A DNA stretch of 32,000 nt from Candidatus Absconditicoccus praedator (GTDB taxonomy: Bacteria; Patescibacteriota; Gracilibacteria; Absconditabacterales; Absconditicoccaceae). The position numbers were made by a program, and so were the translations under genes. Below the pieces are notes generated by a model. That model searched no databases. It saw nothing but the letters and a program-made list of their open reading frames with translations, and was not told the origin of the DNA. Every line of letters starts with the position of its first letter. Positions within the stretch are counted from its first letter, which is position 1. The stretch covers positions 840,001 through 872,000 of the forward strand of contig NZ_CP054059.1 in assembly GCF_021057185.1 (NCBI RefSeq), in the 5' to 3' direction. This document shows, one piece after another, positions 10,040 to 21,079 of this stretch.

Positions 10040-10927
10040 ATGAAAAAAAAAACTTCGGAAGTTACTACAGTTACCAGATGAATAGAAGTTGAACTAACAA
10101 GTATATGTTCTCTTAACTGTGAATTTTGTATTAAAAGTTATAGAACAGAGTTTGGTAACATGGATTTTGATACTTTTTCTAAAGTTGTAGATTTTATAAA
10201 ATTTCTTTGATGTATGGAAGTGGATATATCGTGAGTTGGTGATATTTTTCAAAATGATTCTTTGTATGAGTTTATAGATCATTTATTTGAAAAACTTCCT
10301 AATATAGATGCAGTTATTCCTACTAAATGACAGGATGTAACAATGGAAGATCTTAAAAAAATAAAAAGTTATAATGATAAAGGGTATAATATTACATTGA
10401 TGGCATCTGTAATATACTTAACTAAATGGAAATTTGATAAGTTTGTTGGTAGAAATCAATATGAAAAATTTGTTAAGTTTATAGATATGTTGAGGGATTC
10501 AGGAGTTAACTTTTCTCGAGAATTTGTGATACTAAAGAATAATTTGGATGATTTTGAGAAATTTAAAAAATTAGCTGAAAAAATAGGAAAAGAGTATGGA
10601 ACCTTGTTGGCATATAATTTTTGATGAAATCTTTCAGATGAAATTCATAAAAAATATTTTGATGAAGAAATTTTGAGAGATTATTTTGAATATAGGTCAA
10701 AGGAAGATGTATGTGAGGTGATGAAATATGATCATTTTTTTGTAGATTATAAAGGAGATGTATATATTTGTGCTAATATGGGTATAAATCCAGATGCATT
10801 GCTTTGAAATATAAATGATGTTTATCATGATTTTAATATTTTGTTAGAAAGAAAACAAGAATTTAGAAAAAAATATCATGATATTTGTAATAAATGTTTC
10901 TTTTATAAATATAAACTTCATGATTAA
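10040..10927 (+). CDS. Radical SAM protein with C-terminal Cys motifs, 295 aa
   Basis: ATG 10040 to TAA 10925-10927, in frame with track ORF 10343-10624. CSLNCEFC, then later CEV...GDVYICANMG...CNKC. Confidence 0.8.
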
Positions 10928-10929
10928 AA

Positions 10930-12303
10930 ATGATAACTCATACTTTTTATGCTTTAGTCTTATATCAGGCCCAAATATTATACAATCAAGATCTTTGAAA
11001 TGGTTACTTTCTTTTTGATATAAAAGAAAAAACTATGTGAAAAATAATTGTGGAGTTTAAAAAATGAAATAAAAAGAAAGGTATTTTATTTGTGCATAAA
11101 GATTTTAATACTGACAGAGTAGACTATCAAACAAATAATTGGTTTATTGTGTGAGAAAAGAGTTTGGTAGAATTTGTTTGAAAGAAAATATTAGATAATG
11201 AGCATGAAGATTTTAATTTTTTTAAGACATCTGAAGAATATATATGAAAAATATTTTGAGTGGTGCTTACAATAACAACTCATTGTAATCTGGCTTGCTA
11301 TTATTGTTTCAACGATTATGATTATAATTTAGATCAAAGAAACTTTATAAAACCTTTAACTTTTGAACAAATAAAGTGAATAGTTGATGATTTGTATAAA
11401 AATTGATGTAGAGATATTATAATTTCATGATGAGAACCCTTATTGCATTACGATTTTTTTAATATAATTGACTATTGTTTAAATAAGTGAATATATGTTC
11501 GTGTAAATACTAATTGAGATCTCTTGAATTCTAGAATAGTAGATAAAATAATTCAGTATCCTATAAACTTGATGGTTTCAATACACGAATTTAATGAAAA
11601 AGATTATGCATATACAAATGTTAGATGATTCAGTGAAATTTATAAAAAAGATGTGCCAGAAGAAGTTTTTTATAAAAAGTTTAGAAATAAAATAGAAAAT
11701 TTAAAAATAATATATAAATATCCTAATATTAATTTAGAGTTTATGACTATACTTGATAATAAAAATATTATAAACCTAGAAAAAATATATGATTTTTGCT
11801 TGAATCAATTTTGAATAACACAGTGGCATTTTTTTAGGCTATATAGTACAAAAATTTCTAAATGAATTTCAAAATGAATGATGTCACTTGCTATAAGAAA
11901 ATTGTACAATCTTAATAAAAAATATAATGTTGATTATAAAATAGTTGATGCAGTTCCTTTTTGTGTTACTAGAAAAACAGATTTGGCAGAAAAAGTAATT
12001 GAATGAGAATTAGCAGATAATCATAATGTAAAATTTATTATTACCAATGAATGAGGTTTTCAATTGATGTCATGATTTGATACTGTTGTTTGAAGTGTAT
12101 TTGAAGAATCTATTTCAGAACTTTTGAGTAAAGAATTTACTCAAAAGATGCTAAATAATTGATTTCTTCCAAATGAATGTTTGGATTGTGTGTATAAAAA
12201 TCATTGCAAGGGTGGAAGTAGAATGGAAGCACATATAGCTACCTGAAGCTATGCTGATTTTGATCCTTTATGAAAAATAGCAAATAAAAAATGTCAGATA
12301 TAA
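10930..12303 (+). CDS. Radical SAM protein with about 105-aa N-terminal extension and C-terminal C-x2-C-x5-C-x-G motif, 457 aa
   Basis: ATG 10930 (2 nt after the previous stop) to TAA 12301-12303. Motifs CNLACYYC, SGGEPLL (tga tga gaa ccc) and CLDCVYKNHCKGG. Confidence 0.85.
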
Positions 12304-13127
12304 GAATTGTAAATATATGTAATAATAATTGTATATATTGTCTAGAATCTTCTTATAGAAAAAAAAATAAGTATGAATCTTTAGATTATATTTATTTTCA
12401 AATAAAAGAAATTTCTAAAAACACAGATTTTCTATGAATTTTTGGATGAAATCCTTTGTTGCATCCAAATCTTTTGAATATCTTAAATTATGCAAGAACT
12501 CAAGGCATTAACAATATTTCCATACTTACTAATACTTATAAACTGGATAAAAATTTAATAAGTGATTTAGAAAAAAATTGACTAACTTGAATATGATTTT
12601 ATTTTAATACTTTTGATAAGTATACTCATGAATTAGTTAGTTGATGAGGAATATGATATGAGGAGTTATTAAAAAATATAAATTTAATTTCAAAATCAGA
12701 TCTATCTTATAAAGCAATTATTCATATAAATAAACAAAATATCGAAAATTTATATAAGGATGTTTTTATTTTATACAAAAAATTTGGTGTAGAAAGTTTT
12801 GAATTTATTTGATTTTTTCCATTTGACAAACCTTATGAAAAAAATAATAGAAATTTACTTTTTCTTGATTATAATAACTACAGAAAAAGCATAAATAAAT
12901 TGTTTGATGTTTTAGATAAAATTTGAGTAGAAACACATTTTATAAAATTTCCAAGAAGTTTTTTTGGGAACTATTGAAAATATTATGATTATAAATTTTG
13001 AGTATATGAGCAATTATGAAAAGAAGATATACAAAGGTTAAAAAAAACAGAACCGTATTGTAAAATAGAAAATAGGTGTAAATTTTGTTTTTTAATAGAT
13101 TATTGTAATAATGAATGAATAGCATAA
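12291..13127 (+). CDS. Radical SAM protein, 278 aa
   Basis: ATG 12291 overlaps the upstream stop by 13 nt; TAA 13125-13127. Motifs CNNNCIYC, FGGNPLL and C-terminal CKIENRCKFCFLIDYC. Confidence 0.8.
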
Positions 13128-13993
13128 CATTATTTTTAACTAATAAATGTAATTTGCATTGTGATTATTGTATAGTTAATATATGAAATAAATCGATTAA
13201 CGAAAACAATTTTTCTTGTCTATATAATTTTTTAAGTAAAAACATAAAAAAAATAGATACTATAAAATTTCTTTGATGAGAGCCATTGATTGAATATAAT
13301 AAAATTAAAAAAATAGCTAATATTTCTAAAAATATTAATTTTGAATTGGCTACTAACTGATATTTTATTAACAAGGAAATTGCTGATTTTCTGAAAGAAA
13401 AAAACTTCAAAGTTAACTTGTCTTTAGATTTTCAAAATAAAAACTATACTGAGAAATCCGAATATTTTAAAGGTTATAAAGATTTTTATTTTTCTTTGAC
13501 TTTGACACCTGAAAATCTTGATAATGCTTATGAATTTGTCAAAGGTTTTTATAAAAAATGATTTCGTAATTACAATATTTTACCTGTATTTTATAATAAT
13601 CTTTGGACTGATTCAGATATTGAAAAATTAAAATTATTGTATAAAAAACTTTTATCTTTGAAAATAGGATATAAAGAACTTTTTTTTGAGTGAGTTAATG
13701 ATGGGGACGAAAAGTTGTTGAATTATGATAAGATTTTTATAAATTACGATTGAGAAATTTTTTTATCAGATGTGGTGGAAAACTATATAGGAATATGATG
13801 AGATCTAAAAGATTCTGCTAAAATATGAAATATCAAAGATGTTGAAAATATAGATAGTTTGAATAAAATTATTAAAGAAAAAGAATACTTAATAGATAGT
13901 TATTTAAAAAGCTTTGAAGAAAAAGAAAAAAAATTATTTGATGTTGTGGATTATTTTTCAACTTATTATAATAAAATAAGTAAGTATTATTAG
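13115..13993 (+). CDS. Radical SAM protein, 292 aa
   Basis: ATG 13115 overlaps the upstream stop by 13 nt; TAG 13991-13993. Motifs CNLHCDYC and LGGEPLI (tga tga gag cca). Confidence 0.8.
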
Positions 13994-14021
13994 ACTATGT
14001 TTTATTTTTGAAATTTGAATA

Positions 14022-14980
14022 ATGAAATTTTCAATCTGATATAATGAAAAGCCTGGTTTCTTTGACTTATTGTATGAATATATGGATTTTATAAGTTCTG
14101 TTAATTTTGCTCCCCTAAGGAACTAACTTCGACTTGAAGAACTCCAAGGCAGGAGTGAGATTATTGTTGAGACATTTATCGTTTAATAGAAAAATGTAAT
14201 GAGTTTTGAATAGAGCCAATCATGCTTTTAAATTCAATGTTCACTTGAAAAGAAACATTTAGTAATTTAAAAAATATATTTAAATTTATTGCTTTTTTGG
14301 ATGATACTTCTACTATTTCAATAAAAGTTACTAATATGTTACTTTACAAGTTTTTAAGAAAGAAATTTCCAAATAAAAAAATATATTCTTCTGTTAATTG
14401 TAGGGTAAAAACAGTTGAGCATGCTATCTATTTAAAAGAATTATGAGTAGATGTTATAACTATAGATAGGGACATTAATAGAAATATTGAATTAATAAAA
14501 AAAATAAAGAAAGAAACTGGCTTAGAATTGCAACTTATGCTGAATGAAAACTGTTTTAGGAATTGTCCCTTCAGGAATGAGCATTTTCAGGCTGTAGCAT
14601 GATGATATGAAACATTGCATTGAGTGGATTTTGAAGAACTTACTTGTTATCCAATGTTGAGAAAAAATAAAAGAATGTTTTTTAGAATTCCTTTTATCAG
14701 GCCAGAAGATTTGAAACATTATAATTGATATATTAATCATTTTAAGTTGGTTACAAGAGATTCGTCTACAGAACAAATAAAGTTTTTATTAGATATATAT
14801 AAAAATGAAAATTATGATTGAAATCTTATAAATATCTTTGACTGGGAAGTAATTAGTCATTGGTGAAACTTATATGTTGATAATAAAAAACTAGATAGAC
14901 TTAATTTCTTCGAAAAGATCCAGCATTGTCCTTGCAATTGTGATATTTGTAATGTTTGCGAAATATTCTTTGAAAGCTAA
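14022..14980 (+). CDS. U32 (collagenase-like) family protein with Cys-rich C-terminus; reading frame broken at a C4 tract (14112-14115), so a possible pseudogene or sequencing error
   Basis: ATG 14022 gives MKFSIGYNEKPGFFDLLYEYMDFISSVNFAP, then TAA 14124-14126. The frame one base back is open from 14105 to TAA 14978-14980: KELTSTGR...VDVITIDRDINRNIELIKKIKKETGLELQLMLNENCFRNCPFRNEHF...RPEDLKHY...CPCNCDICNVC. First in-frame ATG after the break is 14222. Confidence 0.5.
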
Positions 14981-15045
14981 ATAACCTAAAAGAATTATAT
15001 TTATATAAAATATTAGCTAATTATACTTTTAATTTATTTGTAAAT

Positions 15046-15654
15046 ATGGAAAATAAAGAATTAATAAAAAAATGGAATAAGTATTATAATAAAAATAAGA
15101 CTTCTGTTGATTGGGGATTTTATAAACCAGACCAACATGTTGTTGATTTCTTAAATTACTATGATTTCACTTGTAATTTGAAGGCTTTAGATGTGGGTTG
15201 CTGACATTGAAAGAATTCTTATGCTTTTTTTGAAAAAGGAATAAATTATTATTGAATAGATTTTGCCAAAGAACCCATAGAATATGCATACAATAATATT
15301 TCTAGTGGAAAATTCATATTCTGAGATATTTTAAGTATAAATTTTAACTTAAAATTTGATATCATAGTAGATGCTTGATGTTTTCATGTTAATGAAAAAC
15401 AAAAATGAAGAAAAATTTTAAAGAAATATAAGGAAATAATTAAAAGTACTGGAAAGATTTTTATAAGAGTTTTTAAGGCAAGAAAAATAATAAACCATCC
15501 TTTGTTTTATATCGATTCGGAGTTGCCTGTTTGGGGATACACTTATAATGAGATATATAAAATACTTTCTCAAGATTTCTTTATTGAAAAGAGCATATAT
15601 GATCCCTTTTATTATAAAGAAGATGAGATTTTGTATTTTTATTTAAGCAAATAA
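15046..15654 (+). CDS. Class I SAM-dependent methyltransferase, 202 aa
   Basis: ATG 15046 to TAA 15652-15654. Motif I LDVGCGHGKNS (two Gly as TGA) and post-I acidic IDFA. Confidence 0.75.
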
Positions 15655-15899
15655 ATTTTTATTTGTATTTTCTGTATTCCAATAAATCAATGTCCGAATT
15701 AATTAAACAGTATCTATGTAATAAGTCATTAATCTTTTGAACTTCTACTTTAAAACAATCTAATAGATTTTCCTTTTCTTCATTTTGTAATTTTAGGCAT
15801 AATTAAAAAAATGTGCTACTATTTTAATTGCAATTTTGTGTTGCTATCTTTATAATTAAAATGAGTTAAATTTAAATTATTTATTTGATTTTAATTGAT

Positions 15900-16877
15900 A
15901 TGCTTGAAATTATTTCTAAGTATAGACAACTATTAGATTTTTTATATTTGTATTTTGATAAAGATGAATTTGTTGTTTTCGACTATAGGTTCTTATTTTT
16001 GGAATATTTACCCCCATGTTCTGTAGAAAAATATCATGATATACTTATGGAGTTTTTTGGCCCCAAAAATATAAAAATTTTTTTAGATAGATCAAAGTGA
16101 TTAGATTTTATAAGAAGCTATGAGTATGAAAATCTTTTGACTAAAGACATATCAGTAGATTTTGTGTTTTTATCAAAAGAAGAAATTTTAAATATTAATA
16201 AGTTTGATTTATTCTTTGAAGGTTTTAATTTCTTTGTTGATTATGAATCAATTGAAAAGGAAAATAATTTAATTGTTAAAGATTACTTAAACATTTTTAG
16301 TTTAAATACATATGACTTAAGATCTGAATATTATAATCGTTTTTTATGAGAAAAAAAAAGTTCTAGAGAAATTTTAGATGATAAATTAAGGTCATTAAAG
16401 AGAATATTATATTTTCAAAATAACATAAAAAATGAAATAAAATATAAGACTCAAGAAAAAAAACTTAGTAATTATTGTATTTTACCTGCAATCTTTAAAT
16501 TGAAGTCTGAAATAAAGTTACTTAAAAAATATATTCCCTCTCAAAAAGATATTATTAAATATATTTATTTTCAGTGAGATTTAAATTGCAATATCTTTGG
16601 TGATTATTACAAATGAAAAATTTGTATAATATGAAATAATAATGATTTATATTTTGATATACTTGTATGATATGATGTTGATAACTTTCACTTTAATCTA
16701 CTAGAAAAGGCAAAACTGATTATCGTGGAAGAAAGTACATTGCTTACTCATGCTATTTATATGTGTAGAGAAATTTGAAAACCTATAATTTATGGAGCTG
16801 AATATTTATATGAGGTGCTTGATGATTGAGATTATGTTGAAATTGATTTTAAACAAAAAATAATTAAGAAAAATTAA
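15900..16877 (+). CDS. Protein with C-terminal PEP-utilising-enzyme mobile (swivel phospho-His) domain, 325 aa
   Basis: In frame with track ORFs 15885-16100 and 16137-16349; TAA 16875-16877. C-terminus IIVEESTLLTHAIYMCREIGKPIIYGAEYLYEVLDDGDYVEIDF parallels the consensus xGxxSHAAIxAREyGIPAVxG...GDxVxVDG. Confidence 0.65.
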
Positions 16878-16902
16878 AATTTTATTGTAAATTAATATTG
16901 TC

Positions 16903-17640
16903 ATGTTTGAAAAGTCAAAAAAAATTGATATTTTAAAAAAAGAGCTTGAAAAAAGAAAATTGAAAAACATGGGGGTTCCCAATTATTTTTCTGGCTCTAT
17001 TAATGAGATTCCTAAATATTTTCAGTATTTAAATTCACCTTTAATCCTAAGAAGTTGTGTTAATCATGAGGATTGAAAATACTCTTTTTCGGGAGTATTT
17101 GAATCTTTTTATCCAATATATACAGAAGTAGAACTGAAAAAATATTTATCAAAAATGTCTATTTTTTGAAATATTAAATTGAAAGAATATGAAAAGCTTA
17201 ATGAATTAAATAATTTTCATTATTATATTTATCCTATTTTACAGGAATTTATAATATGAGACTTTAGTTTTGTGATTGATACTTTATTTAAAGATAAATA
17301 TTTAAGGATAGAAGCTGTTCCATGAATAAATGAAAACTTAACTTCTTGAATATCTAGAGAGTCAGTAATTATAAATTATGATAAGCTACAAAAAGAATTT
17401 TACATAGAAAAAAATATTAACAATAATGATTATTTTTTAACTATTTTAAATTGAAAAAAACAAAGTAAGTTTTTCTTAGTGCCTTCTTTTGAAATAAATT
17501 TTTTTAGATATTATGTTAACAAACTTATAAATGCCTGACTTTTGATTGAATATATATTTAGTGGTAAATCACAGATTATAGAGTGAACTATTAAAAATAA
17601 AAAAATATGGGTATTACAATCAAAAGATAAAACTGTGTAA
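16903..17640 (+). CDS. PPDK_N / PEP-synthase-type ATP-binding (ATP-grasp-like) domain protein, 245 aa
   Basis: ATG 16903 to TAA 17638-17640. LILRSCVNHEDGKYSFSGVFESF parallels the RSSAxxEDxxxxSFAGQ motif, followed by QEFIIGDFSFVIDT...EAVPGINENLTSG. Confidence 0.6.
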
Positions 17641-17653
17641 CTGATAATAAGCA

Positions 17654-17700
17654 AAAAATATTTAATTATAAGTATATTTAAATATTTTTGTTTTTATTTT
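17654..17700 (+). terminator. AT-only 12-bp inverted repeat followed by a T-rich run (weak intrinsic terminator candidate)
   Basis: aaaaatatttaa (17654-17665) pairs with ttaaatattttt (17678-17689), then gtttttatttt. Lies 14 nt after the stop of CDS 16903-17640. Confidence 0.3.
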
Positions 17701-17772
17701 AAAACTATGACTTGAAAAAAATAAAAAAATAACTAATATCTTTTAATAGAGTTATATTTATTAAAAGTTTCT

Positions 17773-18600
17773 ATGAAGAAACAAAATTGATATGTAATAA
17801 TTAAAATTCTGTATAAGCTTGAAGAAAAAAATAAAATACCCAAAATCAGACTTCCTGAAAAAAAAAGGTTTGTAGAGTGGTTAGATAAAGACTTAATAAA
17901 GTTATTTTTTTGTGAACCACAAAATATTATAAATAGGTTTTTATCAGAAAAAAATTATAATGAAATAAATGGATCAATAATATCAAAAATAGATTATACT
18001 CATTTAAAGAATCTTTTTAACTTAAATTTAGATTCTTCATTATCCGAACTTTATGAGACAGAAAGGAAAGAATGATATAAGACAAGTGTTTATGCTTTTT
18101 TATTTAAAATTTATAGTGATTTTTTATTCTCTACAAATTATATAAAATTGAAAGAAAAAGAATCTTTATTCAATCATTTAGAAGTATGAAAAAATAAAAA
18201 AAAATTTAAAAATTCTATATTTCAATATATTTATGAGTGAGAAGATGAAGTTATATATTTTGATAATGAGTGAGAAGTGTTTGTGAATTTTTGATTTGAA
18301 AAATATGCTTTAAAGTATTTTAATAAATTAAAACTTTGAAAATCAAATTTTTTACCGGATATACTTTTTACAGATTTTGATAACATAAATAAAAGGTCAG
18401 CCATTATTCAAAATTATAATTATAATAAAAAGATAAATTATTATTTGTTTGGAAGAGCAATTATTAATAATGATTGGTCAGAGACTGAAAAATTATTTTG
18501 TCAAGTAGAAGATGTATTCGATAGCTGACAAAAAGTTGCTAAGATAGAGGACAAAAATTTAAGATTTTATTTAGAAAAAGAACTAAAAGATATAACTTAA
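17773..18600 (+). CDS. 275-aa hypothetical protein, soluble paralog of the C-terminal module of CDS 6528-7970
   Basis: ATG 17773 to TAA 18598-18600. Shared blocks EGY(K/R)T, FKIYSD, TNY, EG(E/K)DE(V/I)IY(F/Y)D and GEVFVN(F/Y)GF. Confidence 0.65.
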
Positions 18601-18637
18601 GAAATTATTTGTTATATATTTTAAATATATGATCTAG

Positions 18638-19588
18638 CTATTTAAAAATTGATTTATTATGTAATATTTTTTTTATTTTTTCTTTTCATCATATATATTC
18701 TAAGAATTTTTTATTAAATCAATGACAATAATCATTAAATTTGCATTTTTTACAAAAACTTAATTTTTGCTTGTCTTCCAATATATGTTCTGTATTAGTT
18801 GTAAAACTTTTATTATTTATTAATGATTTGTACTCATCACTATATTTAGATAGATCTATTATACAAAATGGTGGTGCTGAAAAATGAAAGTTTATATCAA
18901 TATTATTCCTTTCACATAATGATACTATTTTTTTGATTTCTTTTACCTGTTTTGAACTAAAGTCTAATAACACTTCTCTTCTATTTTCTCGAGCATATCA
19001 ATTTGGGAATACAAGTCATATATTTAATTCTCTTTGAAAGAGTAAATCTATTATATCATGGTCTATTAAAAATTGTATAAAATGCTTTGTGTTATAAATA
19101 TTATTTTTTGTAATAACAATATTTATAGTTATTTTTAATTTCTTATGAATATTATTCTTTCTTATATAATTAAACCATTCTATAAATTCTTCTTTGTTTA
19201 AATTTGTTCACATTTTATTATTTATATTTTCATCATGAGAGTGTTGTCATATAAATAACATATCTAATCAATTATTTATTAAGCTATTTATTTTTTCTTT
19301 TTTTTTGAATAGTATTATTCAGTTTGTTTGTAGCTCTATTCATCAAAATCCAATTTTTTGAGCCATTTTAATATATTTTTCTATATTTTTATTTAATAGC
19401 GGTTCTCATCAAGAAAATGTTAAAACAGTATTTTTTAGGTCTGTCTTATTTTTTTTTGCTTTTAAAATTATATTATTAATGATTTCATCTTTTGTTATAT
19501 TTTTTTCAAAATTATTTGTTTCTATAATATTGCAAAAATTACATTTTAAATTGCAATAATAAGTAATTCTTATTACTTCATTTAACAT
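18638..19588 (-). CDS. Radical SAM protein with C-terminal C-x2-C-x5-C-x-G motif, 316 aa; paralog of CDS 22770-23822
   Basis: Extends track ORF 18719-18973 in both directions through TGA. ATG at 19588, TAG at 18638-18640. Motifs CNLKCNFC, SGGEPLL, QHSH and CKKCKFNDYCHG. Confidence 0.8.
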
Positions 19589-19714
19589 ATTTTTTATTTG
19601 TTTATATAAACCATGTCACTATTATAAAAAAACAATAATATTTTTCAATACATAAGTGATTAATTCTATTGAAAAATTCTATAATATAATTAGTATGCTA
19701 TGCTAAATAATAAG

Positions 19715-19757
19715 TGGACCCTTTTTCAAGACCAGTTTATGCATTTATTTAAGGTAG
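19715..19757. repeat. IS terminal inverted repeat (orfB-distal end)
   Basis: tggacccTTTTTCAAgaccagt...atttaaggt, matching the reverse complement of 21045-21077. Confidence 0.7.
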
Positions 19758-19773
19758 TGACATTTTATTTGTA

Positions 19774-20736
19774 TTAAACATTATAAATAAATGGTGCTCT
19801 ATTGACAGTGGTATTAAATATATTGATGTCTTTAGATAATCAATATATTTCTCGTGGAGTTTTATAATTTAATGCCGAATGAAGTCTTTCTTGATTATAT
19901 TTATCAATATATTCTTGCAAACAATTATATGCTTCTAATGGAGTTCTATAATCATATATATATACTTCTTCTTGTTTTATAGTCCTAAAAGTTCTCTCTA
20001 CTATAATGTTGTCTATCCATCTTCATTTTCAATCCATGCTTATTTTTATTCCATTTTCTTTTAGTTTGTTTGTATATCTTACACTTGTAAATTGACTTCA
20101 TTGATCAGAATTAACTATCTCTGGATGTTCATATAATGCAAGTGCTCTATTTAGTGCACTTATACAAAATTCTGACTCTAGTGTTAATGATAATTCCCAA
20201 GATAGTATTGCTCTACTATACCAATCAATTATTACTACCAAATAAACCCATCAATGTTTTAAACGGATATATGTTATATCTGTTGCCCATACTTGATTTG
20301 GTCTTGTGATTTCTAGGTTTCTTAATAAGTATGGATATTTTTCATTTTCTTTATTAGGTATACTTGTTTTTTTTCAAGGGTATATAGCTGTTAGTCACAT
20401 TTCTGCCATAAGACTACTGACTTTCTTTCTTCAAACATTAAATCACTCTCTTTTTAGTTGGTGTTTAATTCTTCTACTTCAGTAATATGGATGTTCTGTG
20501 TATATTTCATCAATTCTATCCATAATTTGTTTTTCTTTATCTGACACCTGTTTTTCATGATATAAGCTCGATTTAGATATTCATAATAATTCAGATTGTT
20601 TATTAATAGATATTTCTTTGTTATCCTTTTCTATTAATTTAATTTTTTCAGAATATGTTAGGTAATTCTCCAATTTTTTTTTCCAGCCACTCTTTTTCCA
20701 TAGTGACTTTTCATAATTTTGAATATAAATGTTCAA
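19774..20736 (-). CDS. IS3-family transposase OrfB (DDE / rve integrase core); open frame, probably expressed as an OrfAB fusion
   Basis: Frame open 20736 to TAA 19774-19776. Motifs WATDITYI, NSDQGSQFTS (the Gly is TGA), ERTFRTIKQEEVY and HSALNYKTPRE. Confidence 0.85.
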
Positions 20737-20953
20737 TTAGCTTTTCATTTTCTTTATCCTTATTGTTTTTTTCTCTCTTGTCGTCAAATATACTTTCAGC
20801 ATTTTCTATAAATTGTTGTTTCCATCTGTTTTGTTGATTAGGATGGACTCAATATTCGCTGGTTATTTGAGATTGAGTTTTATGACCATGTATAAGTTCA
20901 GTAATGACTTGTAGTTTAAATTTGGAACTGTACTTATTTCTCTTATTTCCCAT
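20639..20953 (-). CDS. IS3-family transposase OrfA (helix-turn-helix / leucine-zipper part), 104 aa
   Basis: ATG at 20953, TAA at 20639-20641. MGNKRNKYSSKFKLQVITELIHGHKTQSQITSEYGVHPNQQNRWKQQF...LYSKLGKVTMEKEWLEKK. Confidence 0.8.
20674..20682 (-). other. A9 tract (T9 on the plus strand) at the orfA/orfB overlap; candidate slippage site
   Basis: ctg gaa aaa aaa att in the orfA frame. orfB lies in the +1 frame here and the -1 frame closes after 5 codons. Confidence 0.6.
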
Positions 20954-21044
20954 AATATTGATTTGTTATAAATTAAATCTCTCTAGACAATATTTAATTT
21001 ATAATATTTTCTTATGCCTAATTTTCAACAATTTTGTTAACTAT

Positions 21045-21077
21045 CCACCTTAAATACTGGTCCAGAGATTGGGTCCA
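21045..21077. repeat. IS terminal inverted repeat (orfA-proximal end)
   Basis: Reverse complement reads tggacccaatctctggaccagtatttaaggtgg. Confidence 0.7.
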
Positions 21078-21079
21078 TT

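Larger units (their letters stand above)
19715..21077 (-). mobile_element. IS3-family insertion sequence, 1363 bp, two-ORF transposase on the minus strand
   Basis: Ends are TGGACCC...GGGTCCA, with imperfect inverted repeats sharing the blocks TGGACCC, GACCAGT and ATTTAAGGT. Internal orfA and DDE orfB. Confidence 0.85.

Noticed and set aside
14040-14160. Locally GC-richer patch (gctcccctaaggaactaacttcgacttgaagaactccaaggcaggagtgag) considered as a small RNA or tRNA fragment
   Set aside because: No cloverleaf or stable stem could be drawn. The region is explained by the two reading frames of the U32-like gene meeting at the C4 tract.
15690-15806. 38-codon ORF (MSELIKQYLCNKSLIFGTSTLKQSNRFSFSSFCNFRHN) in the 245-bp gap between the methyltransferase and the PEP-utilising pair, considered as a second precursor peptide
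   Set aside because: No ribosome-binding or conservation evidence. An open frame of this length is not improbable by chance in a 245-bp AT-rich spacer across six frames. Only worth revisiting if it is conserved in related genomes.
20660-20700. Classical -1 programmed ribosomal frameshift at the IS3 orfA/orfB junction
   Set aside because: The -1 frame after the A9 run reads aat tgg aga att acc taa and terminates. orfB is in the +1 frame, so the standard mechanism does not produce a fusion in this copy.
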